A model generated the notes under the pieces. The model did not search any database. It was not told where the DNA came from and saw only the letters and a program-made list of their open reading frames with translations. A stretch of DNA of 64,000 nucleotides from Squalus acanthias (lineage: Eukaryota), in assembly GCA_030390025.1 (NCBI GenBank), contig CM059432.1:31126001-31190000 (forward strand), read 5' to 3'. Numbering within the stretch: the stretch's first letter is position 1; each line of letters starts with the position of its first letter. Made by a program: the position numbers and the translations under genes. Shown piece by piece: positions 26,201-38,200 of the stretch.

Positions 26201-29200
26201 TAATTATCGCCTCCGACTGCAAACTTGACTTTTATCACCCCTGGAGGTGATTGGAGCGCTAAATCAGGCGCTTTACACCTGCCTTAAGACGCAAAGGCCG
26301 AGGAGCGAGGCGCTACCTCAGAGCGCTGGCGAAGCTCATGTGATGTCAGTCAGCAATGGAACACACACACAATGGCGCCGGCCAGTTCTTAAAGGGGAGG
26401 GTTGATCTTGCTTTCCATCCACATCCTGCTCATTGCAGCCTTGAATCTTGGCCTGGAGAGACCTGTACATCAAATCTGCTGGAAAGAACAATGGAGAGAC
26501 CCAGGGAAAGAGCTCAGAGTGCAGCCCCCACAGTCTCTTCTAAATCAATACAAGGAAGGGCAAATCAAAATGAACCTGCAAAGTGCTGCTCAGTACCCAA
26601 AACTCCTTCACACAGCGTTGAATCTCTCCAGAAGTCTCTCTCTCTCTCAGAATGCGTGGTTCAAAAATGTCACCAACAATAAAAGGCAGGAAGCGGTCGC
26701 CTTTAAATAGCGCTCCCCCAGTCCCTTCCTGACTGCAAAACGCTCCCTTCAACCTGTCATTGCTAGCGGCAGGCGGTAAGGCAGGGGACGGCACTCAATA
26801 TCCGCTTCAGGGCGCTACCGGGGCGTTGCGCACTCGACTGACGTCACGATCTGCTGGCGCAGGAGATCGTGGTGGTACTGTTTAGCGCCGCCGCAAAATG
26901 TCTAGTTAATTTTGCGAGTGCCGCAAACATCGCCACGCCCTCTTAAGGCGCTAACGGGAGGCGCAACCAACTGAATTTTTTCCCCTCTTTCCTTTCCTGT
27001 CACACTCTGCTTATTTTACCCAAATCGCTACACTGCTCTATTGCCTTGACGTTTACCTTTAGATTTCTAAATTTCCCCCCCTGCATTTTTTAGTGTAAAG
27101 CCCTATCTACAGTCCTAGTTATTCGATTCACCAGGATGCTGATCCCAGCCTGATTTAAGTGGAGTCCATTCTGATGGAACAGCTCCCTCTTTCCCCAGTA
27201 CTGGTGCCAGTGCCCCATGAATCAAAACCCCTTCTTCCCACACCACTCTTTGAGCCATGCATTTAACTCTCTGATCTGCTTGACCCTTTGCAATTTGCGT
27301 GTGGCTCAGGTAGTAATCCAGAGATTATTACCCTTGAGGTTCTGCTTATTAATTTAGACCCTAGCTCCTCAAACTTCCTCAGCAGAACCTCATTCTTAGT
27401 TCAGCCTATGTCGTTGGTTCCTACATGGACCACGACAACTGGATCCTCCCCCTTGGATATGTTGCACTCGGTCCATTCATCTAAGTCATTAATATAGATT
27501 GTAAATAGCTGAGGCCCAAGCACTGATCCTTGCGGCAACCCACTAGTTATAGCCTGCCAACTGGAAAATGACCCGTTTATTGCTATTCTGTCTTCTGTCT
27601 GTTAACCATTCCTCTATCAATGCTAATATATTACCCCCAACCCCATGACCCCTCAAAAAACTAATACATTTGTTAAACATGATTTCCCTTTCATAAAACC
27701 ATGTTGACTCTGCCTAATCATATTATGATTTTCTAAGTGCCCTGTTACCACTTCCTTAATAACGGATTCCAACATTTTCCTGATTACTGATGTCAGGCTA
27801 ACTGGCCTGTAGTTCCCTGTTTTCTCTCTCCCTCCTTTCTTGAATAGCGGGGTTACATTTGCAACCTTCCAATCTGCTGGGACTGTTTTAGAATCTAGGG
27901 AATTTTGGAAGATCACAACCTGTGCATCCACTATCTCTGCAGCCACCACTTTTAGAACCCTAGGATGTAGGCCATCAGGTCCAGGGGATTTGTCGGCTTT
28001 CAGTCCCATTAGTTTCTCAAGTACTTTTTCTCTACTGGTATTAATTACTTTAAGTTCCTCACTTTTATTAGCCCCATGGTTCCCCACTATGCCTGTTTCT
28101 GTGTTGTACATTCTATGTAACTCTATGTCAAAGGAGCCACAAGGTTGACCGGTTGACTGGTTTGGGAAATGAAAACATCATCTTGGATTAGTACATTTTA
28201 TCCCAAGGTTGGTGTTAAGCTACATGTAGGCAAAAAGTACTACTTTATTTTAAAGTCAAATCATAAAGAACAGTTTTAGAGTTTTACTATGGTTAACATA
28301 CAGGGAAAATCTGTATCATAAGTGTGGTAATATTGTAAATGTAGTGGTTATGGTACTGGACTATCAACCCAGAGGTCATGGCCTGAATTTTAATTTGAAG
28401 GCAGGAAGGGAGCGGGAGGGGATGGAAAGCAGTTGGGAAACACAGGAAAACAGGGTTCCCGCAGGCCCTGCCGAATTTAACGGCAGGGCTTGATTAGCAT
28501 TTAAAATCATTATTTCCTGCCCGCAGCCAGCCAGAGGGAGAGGCTGGCTAGCTGTTGGGTGGGTAGGCTTGTGAAACCAGGCCGCAGAGAGGAGGGAGGG
28601 GATCGGGGTTGGGGGGGGGAAATCGGAGGTGGGAGGGAGGGAATCGGAGGCCGGAGACTGATTGGGGGCCGGAGCGGGGAGCTCGGAAGGTGATCGGGGG
28701 CTGGAACGGAGAGGTCGGAAGGTGATTGGGGGCTGGAGTGGGGAGGTCGGAAGGTGATCGGGGGCCGGAGCGGGGAGGTCAGAAGGTGATTGGGGTCTGG
28801 AGCGGGGAGGTCGGAAGGTGATTGGGGTCTGGAGCGGGGAGGTCGGAAGATGATTGGGGGCTGGAGTGGGGAGGTCGGAAGGTGATCGGGGGCCGGAGCG
28901 GGAAGGTCGGAAGATGATCGGGGGCCGGAGCGGGGAGGTCGGAAGGTGATCGGGGGCCGGAGCGGGGAGGTCGGAAGGTGATTGGGGGCCGGAGCGGGGA
29001 GGTCGGAAGATGATTGGGGGCCGGAGCGGGGAGGTCGGAAGGTGATTGGGGGCTGGAGTGGGGAGGTCGGAAGATGATTGGGGGCTGGAGTGGGGAGGTC
29101 GGAAGTGGATTGGTGGCTGGAGTGGGGAGGTCAGAAGATGATTGGGGGCCGGAGCGGGGAGGTCGGAAGTGGATTGGGGGCTGGAGTGGGGAGATCAGAA

Positions 29201-32200
29201 GATGATTGGGGGCTGGAGCGGGGAGGTCAGAAGGCGAGAGGATGATTTGAGGCTGGAGGTTGGAAGGCCATGAGGCACGGTACCTCATTATCATATTTAA
29301 AATGCCAACCCACTTCCTGGGAGCAGGTTGGCCACCCACCCGCCGCTAAAACCGGAAGTGGCAGGTTGGGGTCGTGATTCAGAATTTTAGCACATTAACC
29401 TCCCACCTGACCCCAATCCAACTGCTTTTTGGAGTTAAAATTTCCCCCCCCCCCCCCGCCCATCATTTCAAATCCCACCATGACATGCTATGAAGTTAAT
29501 TTCTGGGCGACATTAAGGCGTGGGCTGAGAAGTCGCAATTAACATTCGCGCCAGGAAGTGACTATCTCCAACAAGCGGGAGTCTAACCACCGCCCTTGAC
29601 ATTCAATGGCATTACCATCGCCGAATCCCCCACCATCAATATCCTGGGTGTCACCATTGACCAGCTGACGGTAACTATTGCCAGGCTTTGCTCTGGGCAC
29701 GGGAACCTCACACGACAGAAGCGCACATTGGAGAACGGGGCATGGAGTTAAGCGCCCCCAATTTGCGGCATTGTAGGGAGTGCCGCAAACTAAGCGTGCT
29801 GACCCCCACGCTCGATTCTCCAATCTGCAGCTTAGTTGAGTGGGCTTCCATGCTGAAAGCAAAGCCTCGCTACATTTACCCTGCGATATTAGTCTTGTTG
29901 TTTTATATTTATATAATGTGTGTAACTACTTATTTAATCTTCTTTTTCAGCCCTGGTGCCGTCTTATCACAACTATCTTCAACTACTTTGTGGTGACTAA
30001 TTTCTTCTGGATGTTTGTGGAGGGGTGCTATCTCCATACAGCTATAGTGATGACTTACTCCACAGACAAACTGCGCAAATGGATATTCCTGTTCATTGGA
30101 TGGTGTAAGTCAGGGACTTTTTGTAGGTCTGACTGAGGCAGCCACCATCAGAAAGATGCAGTTGACATAAGTTCTTAAACACATATAGAGACAAACACAC
30201 CTATAATATATTAAAAGTTTTGCAGATGACGTGCACTTCCTGTAATTGTCACACTTGCTTCCTGTCACACTTTCCACATCACACTTGGTTGATTGCACCT
30301 ATTATGTAAGACAGCCTATCCTCCGATCGCCACGGGAGCTCTACTATATACAAAAAATAGTATCAATTTACAGCCAAGATCCATTTTTCAAAACTGCATT
30401 CATTCAGTTAAACTCATGGAGGTATTGTTCTTCCACAGGTATCCCCTGTCCCATCATTGTAGCCTGGGCCATAGGCAAGTTATATTATGAAAATGAACAG
30501 TAAGTACTACATTAAGAAGTGAAGTGAATTTGTAAGTTTTACATTATTGTTTTTTTCCGAGTTCTTTTTTAAGGTGAGAAAAGCATAAAAGAAAAACCTA
30601 ATATGTCTATCAAACCTCCCTCCTTTCATAGAACGTGTACATTCCAGCCTTCCAAGTTCTTGTCAGATCTTGAAACAAGAGCTGGATGACTTAAGGAGAG
30701 AGATCAAAAGCACAGTCAAAGAAATAGGTAGCAGCAGCAATGCCAACTTATATTTATATATGTCCTTTAACGTAGATAAAAGAAATGTCCAAAGTTAAAG
30801 TGGTTTTTGAAAGAGAACTGCAGTGGAGAGGAACATACTTCAAAAGAGTTTCCAAAAGTGGGCAGGGTGAGGCTGTGGAGGAATTAGAAAATGAGGCTCA
30901 TGAAGTTGCTTCACTGTGGGGCACACAGAGACTGTGGAACTGGATGAGGGCAGGGTGTGGAGTTTGTGAGGATACAGGCCATAGACTCCCTTACAACAAC
31001 ATCAAAAACTTGTATTTATATAACACCTTTAATGTAATCGAGGAGTTGCTTAACCGGGAGCCAATGTAGGTCAGCGAGCACAGGGGTGATGGGTGAACGG
31101 GACTTGGTGCGAGTCAGGACACGGACAGCCGAGTTTTGGATCACCTCAAGTTTACGTAGGGTAGAATGTGGGAGGCCAGCCAGGAGTGTGTTGGAATAGT
31201 CAAGTCTACAGGTAACAAAGGCATGGATGAGGGTTTTTTTTTATTCGCTTATGGGATCTGGGCGTCGCTGGCAAGGCCAGCATTTATTGCCCATCCCTAG
31301 TTGCCCTTGAGAAGGTGGTGGTGAGCTGCCTTCTTGAACCGCTGCAGTCTGTGTGGTGAAGGTACTCCCACAGTGCTGTTGGGGAGGGAGTTCCAGGATT
31401 TTGACCAAGTGACGATGAAGGAACAGCGATATACTTCTAAGTCATGATGGTGTGTGACTTGGAGGGGAACTTGGAGGTGGTGGTGTTCCCATGCGCCTGC
31501 TGCCCTTGTCCTTCTAGGTGGAAGAGGTCATGGGTTTGGGAGGTGCTGCCGAAGAAGCCTTGGCGAGTTGCTGCAGTGCATCTTGTAGATGGTACACACT
31601 GCAGCCACGGTACGCTGGTGGTGGAGGGAGTGAATGTTTTAAGGTGGTGGATGGGGTGCCAATCAAATGGGCTGCTTTGTCCTGGATGGTGTCGAGCTTC
31701 TTGAGTGTTGTTGCAGCTGCACTCATCCAGGCAAGTGGAGAGTATTCCATCACACTCCTTACTTGTGCCTTGTAGATGGTGGAAAGGCTTTGGGGAGTCA
31801 GGAGGTGAGACACTCGCCGCAGAATACCTAGCCTCTGACCTGCTCTTGTTGCCACAGTATTTATGTGGCTGGTCCAGTTAAGTTTCTGGTCAATGGTGAC
31901 TCCAGGATGTTGATGGTGGGAGATTCGGCGATGGTAATGCTGTTGAATGTCAAGGGGAGGTGGTTAGACTCTCGCTTGTTGGAGATAGTCATTGCCTGGC
32001 ACTTCTGTGGCGCGAATGTTACCTGCCACTTATCAGCCCAAGCCTGAACGTCATCCAGGTTTTGTTGCATGCTGGCATGGACTGCTTCATTATCTGAGGA
32101 ATTGTGAATGGCGCTGAACGCTGTGCAGTCATCAGCGAACATCCCCATTTCTGACCTTCGGAGGGAAGGTCATTGATGAAGCAGCTGAAGATGGTTGGGC

Positions 32201-35200
32201 CTAGGACACTGCCCTGAGGAACTCCTGCAGCAATGTCCTGGGGCTGTGATGATTGACCTTCAATCACCACAACCATCTTCCTTTGTGCTAGGTATGACTC
32301 CAGCCAGTGGAGCGTTTTCCCCCCGATTCCCATTGACTTCAGTTTTACTAGGGCTCCTTGATGCCACACTCGGTCAAATGCTGCCTTGATGTCAAGGGCA
32401 GTCACTCTCACCTTACCTCTGGAATTCAGCTCCTTTGTCCAAGTTTGGACCAAGGTTGTAATGAGGTCGGGAGCCGAGTGGTCTTGGCAGAACCCAAACT
32501 GGGCAATCAGTGAGCAGGTTATTAGTGAGTAAGTGCCGCTTGATAGCACTGTCGATGACACCTTACATCACTTTGCTGATGATTGAGAGTAGACTGATGG
32601 GGCGGCAATTGGCCGGGTTAGATTTGTCCTGCTTTTTGTGGACAGGACATACCTGGGCAGTTTTCCACATTGTCGGAAAGATGCCAGTGTTGTAGCTATA
32701 CTGGAACAGCTTGGCTAGAGGCGTGGTTAGTCCTGGAGCACACATCTTCAGCACGATAGCCGGGATATTGTCGGGGCCCATAGCCTTTGCTGTATCCAGT
32801 GTGCTCGGCCGTTTCTTGATATTAAGTGGAGTGAATCAAATTGGCTGAAGACCGGCTTCTGTGAGGGTGGAGACCTCGGGAGCAGCGGATGAGCTGAGGG
32901 AAGGGCGGAGACGGGCGATGTTACGGAAATGAAAGTAGGCAGTCTTAGTTATGCCGTGGATATGTGGTCGGAAGCTCATTTCAAGTATGACACCAAGGTT
33001 GCAAACAATCTGGTTCAGCCTCAGACAGATGTGAGGGAGAGGGATGGAGTCGGTGGCTAGGGAATGGAGTTTGTGGCGGTACCGAAAATAATGGCTTCGG
33101 TCTTCCCAATATTTAATTGCGCTGTGGTTCCACAGTTGGCTACCAACCTCTGGTTTTGTGCCCAAATGACCATTAGTTCATTCATTGTAGCTGGGTCAAA
33201 ATCCTGGAATACCCTACCCTACTCTGGGTGTATGTCAGTATTACAGAATGTCCTTGAGTGAGTGTCAGTATTTATAGAAGGTCCCTTAGTGAGTGTCAGA
33301 ATTTACAGGATGTTCCTGGGTGACTGTCAGTATTTACACAACATTCCTGGGTGAGTGTCCGTATTTATAGGATGTTCCTGGGTGAGTGTCAGAATTTACA
33401 CAACATTCTTGTGTGAGTGTCCGTTTTTACAGGATGTTCCTGGGTGAGTGTCCGTATTTACAGGATGTTCCTGGGTGAGTGTCCGTATTTACAGGATGTT
33501 CCTGGGTGAGTGTCAGAATTTACACAACATTCTTGGGTGAGTGTCCGTATTTACAGGATGTTCCTGGGTGAGTGTCCGTATTTACAGGATGTTCCTGGGT
33601 GAGTGTCAGTATTTACAGGATGTTCCTGGGTGAGTGTCCGTATTTACAGGATGTTCCTGGGTGAGTGTCCATATTTACAGGATGTTCCTGGGTGAGTGTC
33701 AGTATTTACAGGATGTTCCTGGGTGAGTGTCCATATTTACAGGATGTTCCTGGGTGAGTGTCCATATTTACAGGATGTTCCTGGGTGAGTGTCAGTATTT
33801 ACAGGATGTTCCTGGGTGAGTGTCAGTATTTACAGGATGTTCCTGGGTGAGTGTCCGTATTTACCGGATGTTCCTGGGTGAGTGTCCGTATTTACCGGAT
33901 GTTCCTGGGTCTTTGTCAAAATTTACAAGATAATCCTTGGTTAATTGTCAGTATTTACAGGATATTCCTGGGTGACTGTCAGTATTTACACGACATTCCT
34001 GGGTGAGTGTCCGTATTTACAGGATGTTCCTAGGTGAGTGTCAGCAAGATATTTCTCAGTGAGTGTAAGTATTCTGACCATTAAGATTAATGGTTGGTAA
34101 ATCATTAGGCTGGAGCTGCCCCTTTTCCTGACACACACCAGGAGCGCTGAGGCAGAAAATCCAACCTGTTGAGTGTAGAATCATAGAAGTTCCCCAGGAT
34201 GAAAGAAAGGCTGTGGCGGTTGGTACTGGCTCTTTAACTGGAGCTATTTACTCTAATCCGATTGTGGAAAAAAAACCTTTGCTCTAACCAAGGGCTCTGA
34301 AATTCCTCGGACGTTCTGCTGCTACCCGCCATAGCTTTGCCGTAAGTGCGGCGGAAACCCCGTTTATGCGCATAAATCCACTGCTTTTCTGATGAAGTTA
34401 TGGCGGTTCAGCGACCGGAAATCCGAGGACATTCAGGGCCCTGGTACCGTGATTCATAACTCATGGAGACCCCATCTAGCTAATTCTACAGAGGGGGAAC
34501 GTGCTGACAGTAGAAGAATCAAGGACTCCAATGATGGATAAGTGCCTCCACCCAAAAAGAACAACGTCATGCTGATCTTGTCGGGGCCTGAGTGTCAGAA
34601 GGGTGTGCACGCTGACTGAGGTTAGCTAACTCTGCACACGTCAGCGCTCAAACCTGAGATCTTCCTCACCTCGAGAGCTCAGTTCCACATTTAGCATCAT
34701 GGCAGATAATATCAGTGTTGATGATAAAATGTGTTTGTCTCTTTTTGAAAACAGCCAAACTGTCAAAATTCCAGTTTGACTGGCACACGATGTTCTACCG
34801 TTCGTTGTTCGGCTCTTGATGGGTTGAGTTCAGTTTGAACAGAAAACTGAGTCCCTGCCTCCATCACACAGACACATACTAACATCCATGGACACATACG
34901 CCAATATATGTACACTTATACATACATGCTCACACACACCTACACACATTTTTTAAATGATTAATTCTTGGGGTGTGGCAAAGCCGGCATTTATTGCCCA
35001 TCCCTAATTGCCCTTGAGAAGGTAGTGGTGAGCTTTCTTCTTGAACTGCTGTAGTCCATGTGGTGAAGGTGCTCCCTTAATGCTGTCAGATGGGAAGTAC
35101 CATAATTTTGAACCAGTGGCAATGATATATATATATAAATATATGCATTCACAAATACAAATATATATGTATATATCCACACCTACACACAAATGCTACA

Positions 35201-38200
35201 TTTACATATACATGTACACATATACATATAAATGTACACACATATAATCAAACACACTGTCAATTGAAATTACTGAGAGGAGATAGCAGTATTCTACAAA
35301 GATGATTGCCAATATGTAATTTAAAAACTTGGATTTGTGTAGCACCTTATCACATCATCCAAACATCTTATTGCACGCCACGTAATAAATTACTTTTGGT
35401 TGCGCACCTGTTGTTATGCAGCCAAGCATAGCAGCCATTCTTCACCAGCTACATCTGACAATCAGCAATGAGATTAACAGCCAGTTAATCTGTTAGGGGA
35501 GGGCTGGGGTTTGATGGTAGAGAAGCAGATATTAGGAGGGGGTGACCAAAAGCTTGCTCAAAGAGGTGGGTTTAAAGGAAGGTCCGAAAGGAAGAGAGAG
35601 AGATGGAGAGGCAGAGGTGTGTAGGGAGAGAATTGCAGAGTATGGGGTCCAGACGGCTGAAGGTGCAGCCGCCAATGGTGGGGCGAAGGGAGGGGGAATG
35701 CAAAGAGGCAAGAGTTAGAAGAACAGATAGTTGTGAGGGGGTTGCAGGGCTGGAGGAGGTTACAGAGATAGGGAGAGGCAAGGCCATTGAAGGGAGTTAA
35801 ACACAAGCATGAGAATTTTAAATTGGGAAACTGGAGCTAATGTAGGTCAGCAAGCACGGGGTGACGAGTGAGCAGGACTTGGGGCAGGATAGGATATGGG
35901 CAACAGAGTTTTGGATGAGCTAAAGTTAATAGAAAATTAAGGATGGAAGGCAGTGCAGGAGAACATTGGAGCAGTTTAGTCTAGAGGTGACAAAGGCAAG
36001 GATGAGAGTTTCTGCAGCTGAGGGCTAAGGCAGGGGCAGAGGAAGGTGATATTATGGAAGTGGATGTACGTGGTCTTTGTGATGGGGGTTACAAGCTCAG
36101 CTCAGGGTCAAATAGGACATCAAGGTTGCGAACAGTTTGGTTCAACCTGAGACAGTGGCCTGGGAGGGGGATGGAATCATTGGTAAAGATGCAGAGTTTG
36201 TGGTGGGGCCTAAGATGATGGTTTTGGTCTTCCCAATGTCTACTGGAAGATATTATGACACATCAAAGACTGGATGTTGAACAAGCAGTCTGGAAGCACA
36301 GAGGCAGTGGAGGGGTCAAGAGAGAATTTGGAGAGGCAGAACTGGGTGTCATCACAGCACATGTGGGAATTTTATCGAAAATATCTCTCTTGATCTTGCA
36401 CCAGATTTACATCAGTGCCTTGCCTACATAGCTATTCTTCTTGTCTAAGTTTCTACTTGTGAGTTTTTTTCTGATTACTTCTTTGAGAAGGCCCTTGGGA
36501 CATTTTTCTACATTAAAGGCACTATATAAATGTAAGTTGTTGTTGTAAAGAAGGCCCTTCAGCCCATGTGATCTCATCCCTGCAGAATACCAACTCTTCC
36601 CATTAAATATCAAGCTGTTTCTAATGGCCCTGGACTCAGCCACCCTTTCTGGTAAACCAATCCACGCTCAACGCATTCAGGATTTTGTTAGAGAAGGGGT
36701 AAAATTGACATAAAAAATTTGGATAAATATCCATTTGAGGAAAGCAAGGAAGGAAGGAATTATTGGCTTTTATGCAGCATCTTTCACATCCTCAGCATCC
36801 TAAAGCACTTCACGGACAATGAAGTATTTTTAAAATGTAGACACTATTGTTATGTAGACAAATGTAGCAGCCAATTTTTCGACTACAAGATACTATGAGC
36901 AACATTGAGGACAGCCAATGCCCATGGAACCATACCTAGCAAGGAGTCAGAGCCTTCAGAAAAGGAGGGGAGAGCAATGAACAAAACATTAAATTATTTC
37001 AAAGGTTTTTCATTCCTCTCCTTTGTAGAGACAAAGCGAGAAGGTCAGGGAATCCAATATGTACAGTGGCAATCCTTCGCACGGCTTTTGAAAGACCAAA
37101 AGTGTCCTCTTGCTTCCTCAAACTTCTAAAATAGGGACAAGATTAAACAGAAACCTGGTTATTTGCAGTTTTCCAGTTTAACGTCTCCTTGTTCCAGTCT
37201 TACTCAACACAAACCAAAATCACTAAATTGAGATGGTCAATGTACTACAAAACAAAATCTGATTTGAATGTGATCTGTCCAGTGAGATAGGTCAAATATT
37301 AAAAAAAGAAAACAAGTTGCCCATGTGATTTGATACTTAAATTCCAACTGCTCATTTAATGAGTGACAGTTTGGTTCTTGCATCATCAGGTTTTACTTTT
37401 CTTTTGCCATTTTCTCCCAGTTGCTGTCTCTTACTTGAGGATGGTTCCACCACGGTACCTCAGAGGGCGGGTTTGGAAGCGGGTCCGCTGTCAAAATAAC
37501 AAAGATTGACAGCGGGTTTCATTCCTCCTTGCTCTGACTCGTTGCTAGGTATGGTTCCATGGGCATTGGTCGTCCTCAATGTTGCTCATAGTATCTTGTA
37601 GTCAAAAAATTGGCTGCTACATTTGCCTACATAACAATAGTGTCTACATTTTTTAAATACTTCATTGTCCGTGAAGTGCTTTAGGATGCTGAGGATGTGA
37701 AAGATGCTGCATAAAACCCTCCTCCACGTGAGTCTCCCAGGTGTTGGGTCTGACAGCGGAGAACTGACCCGACACCAAGCAGCGGGGGATACAATTGAGC
37801 TAATGAAATGGCTTGTTAAGAGCCAATTTAATACTATTTTGAGGCTTCCTTCCAATTTTATGTTCTCCCCACGGGTTACCCGCTGCTCGGGGAACACGCC
37901 AACTCACCCTGGCATGAGTTGATTCTGCTCTGATGTTTCTGATAAGCTGACAGATGCAGAAGTGGTGTAAAGGATGCCATGTTGCAGATGGTCAGTTTCA
38001 GAGCGCAGAAACTGTTGGTTACTGCATTTGTAATACATATAGAGATTTCTTTAGCTTGTAAGTGTTTAGAGACAACTGTATATCCAGTGCCACCTCATTG
38101 GAACAACCTCTCTCACCATTGACAGATCGCTTCTGTCATCTCATCTGCAGCTGCCATCTATTGCAGCAACATCAGTGCCCTTGAAAAAATCAGACCTTGG

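Noticed and set aside
28779..29339. 186-aa proline-rich ORF
   Set aside because: Translation of the 32-bp minisatellite; no gene structure.
33226..34045. CRISPR array
   Set aside because: Head-to-tail repeats without unique spacers, no cas genes, vertebrate intron.
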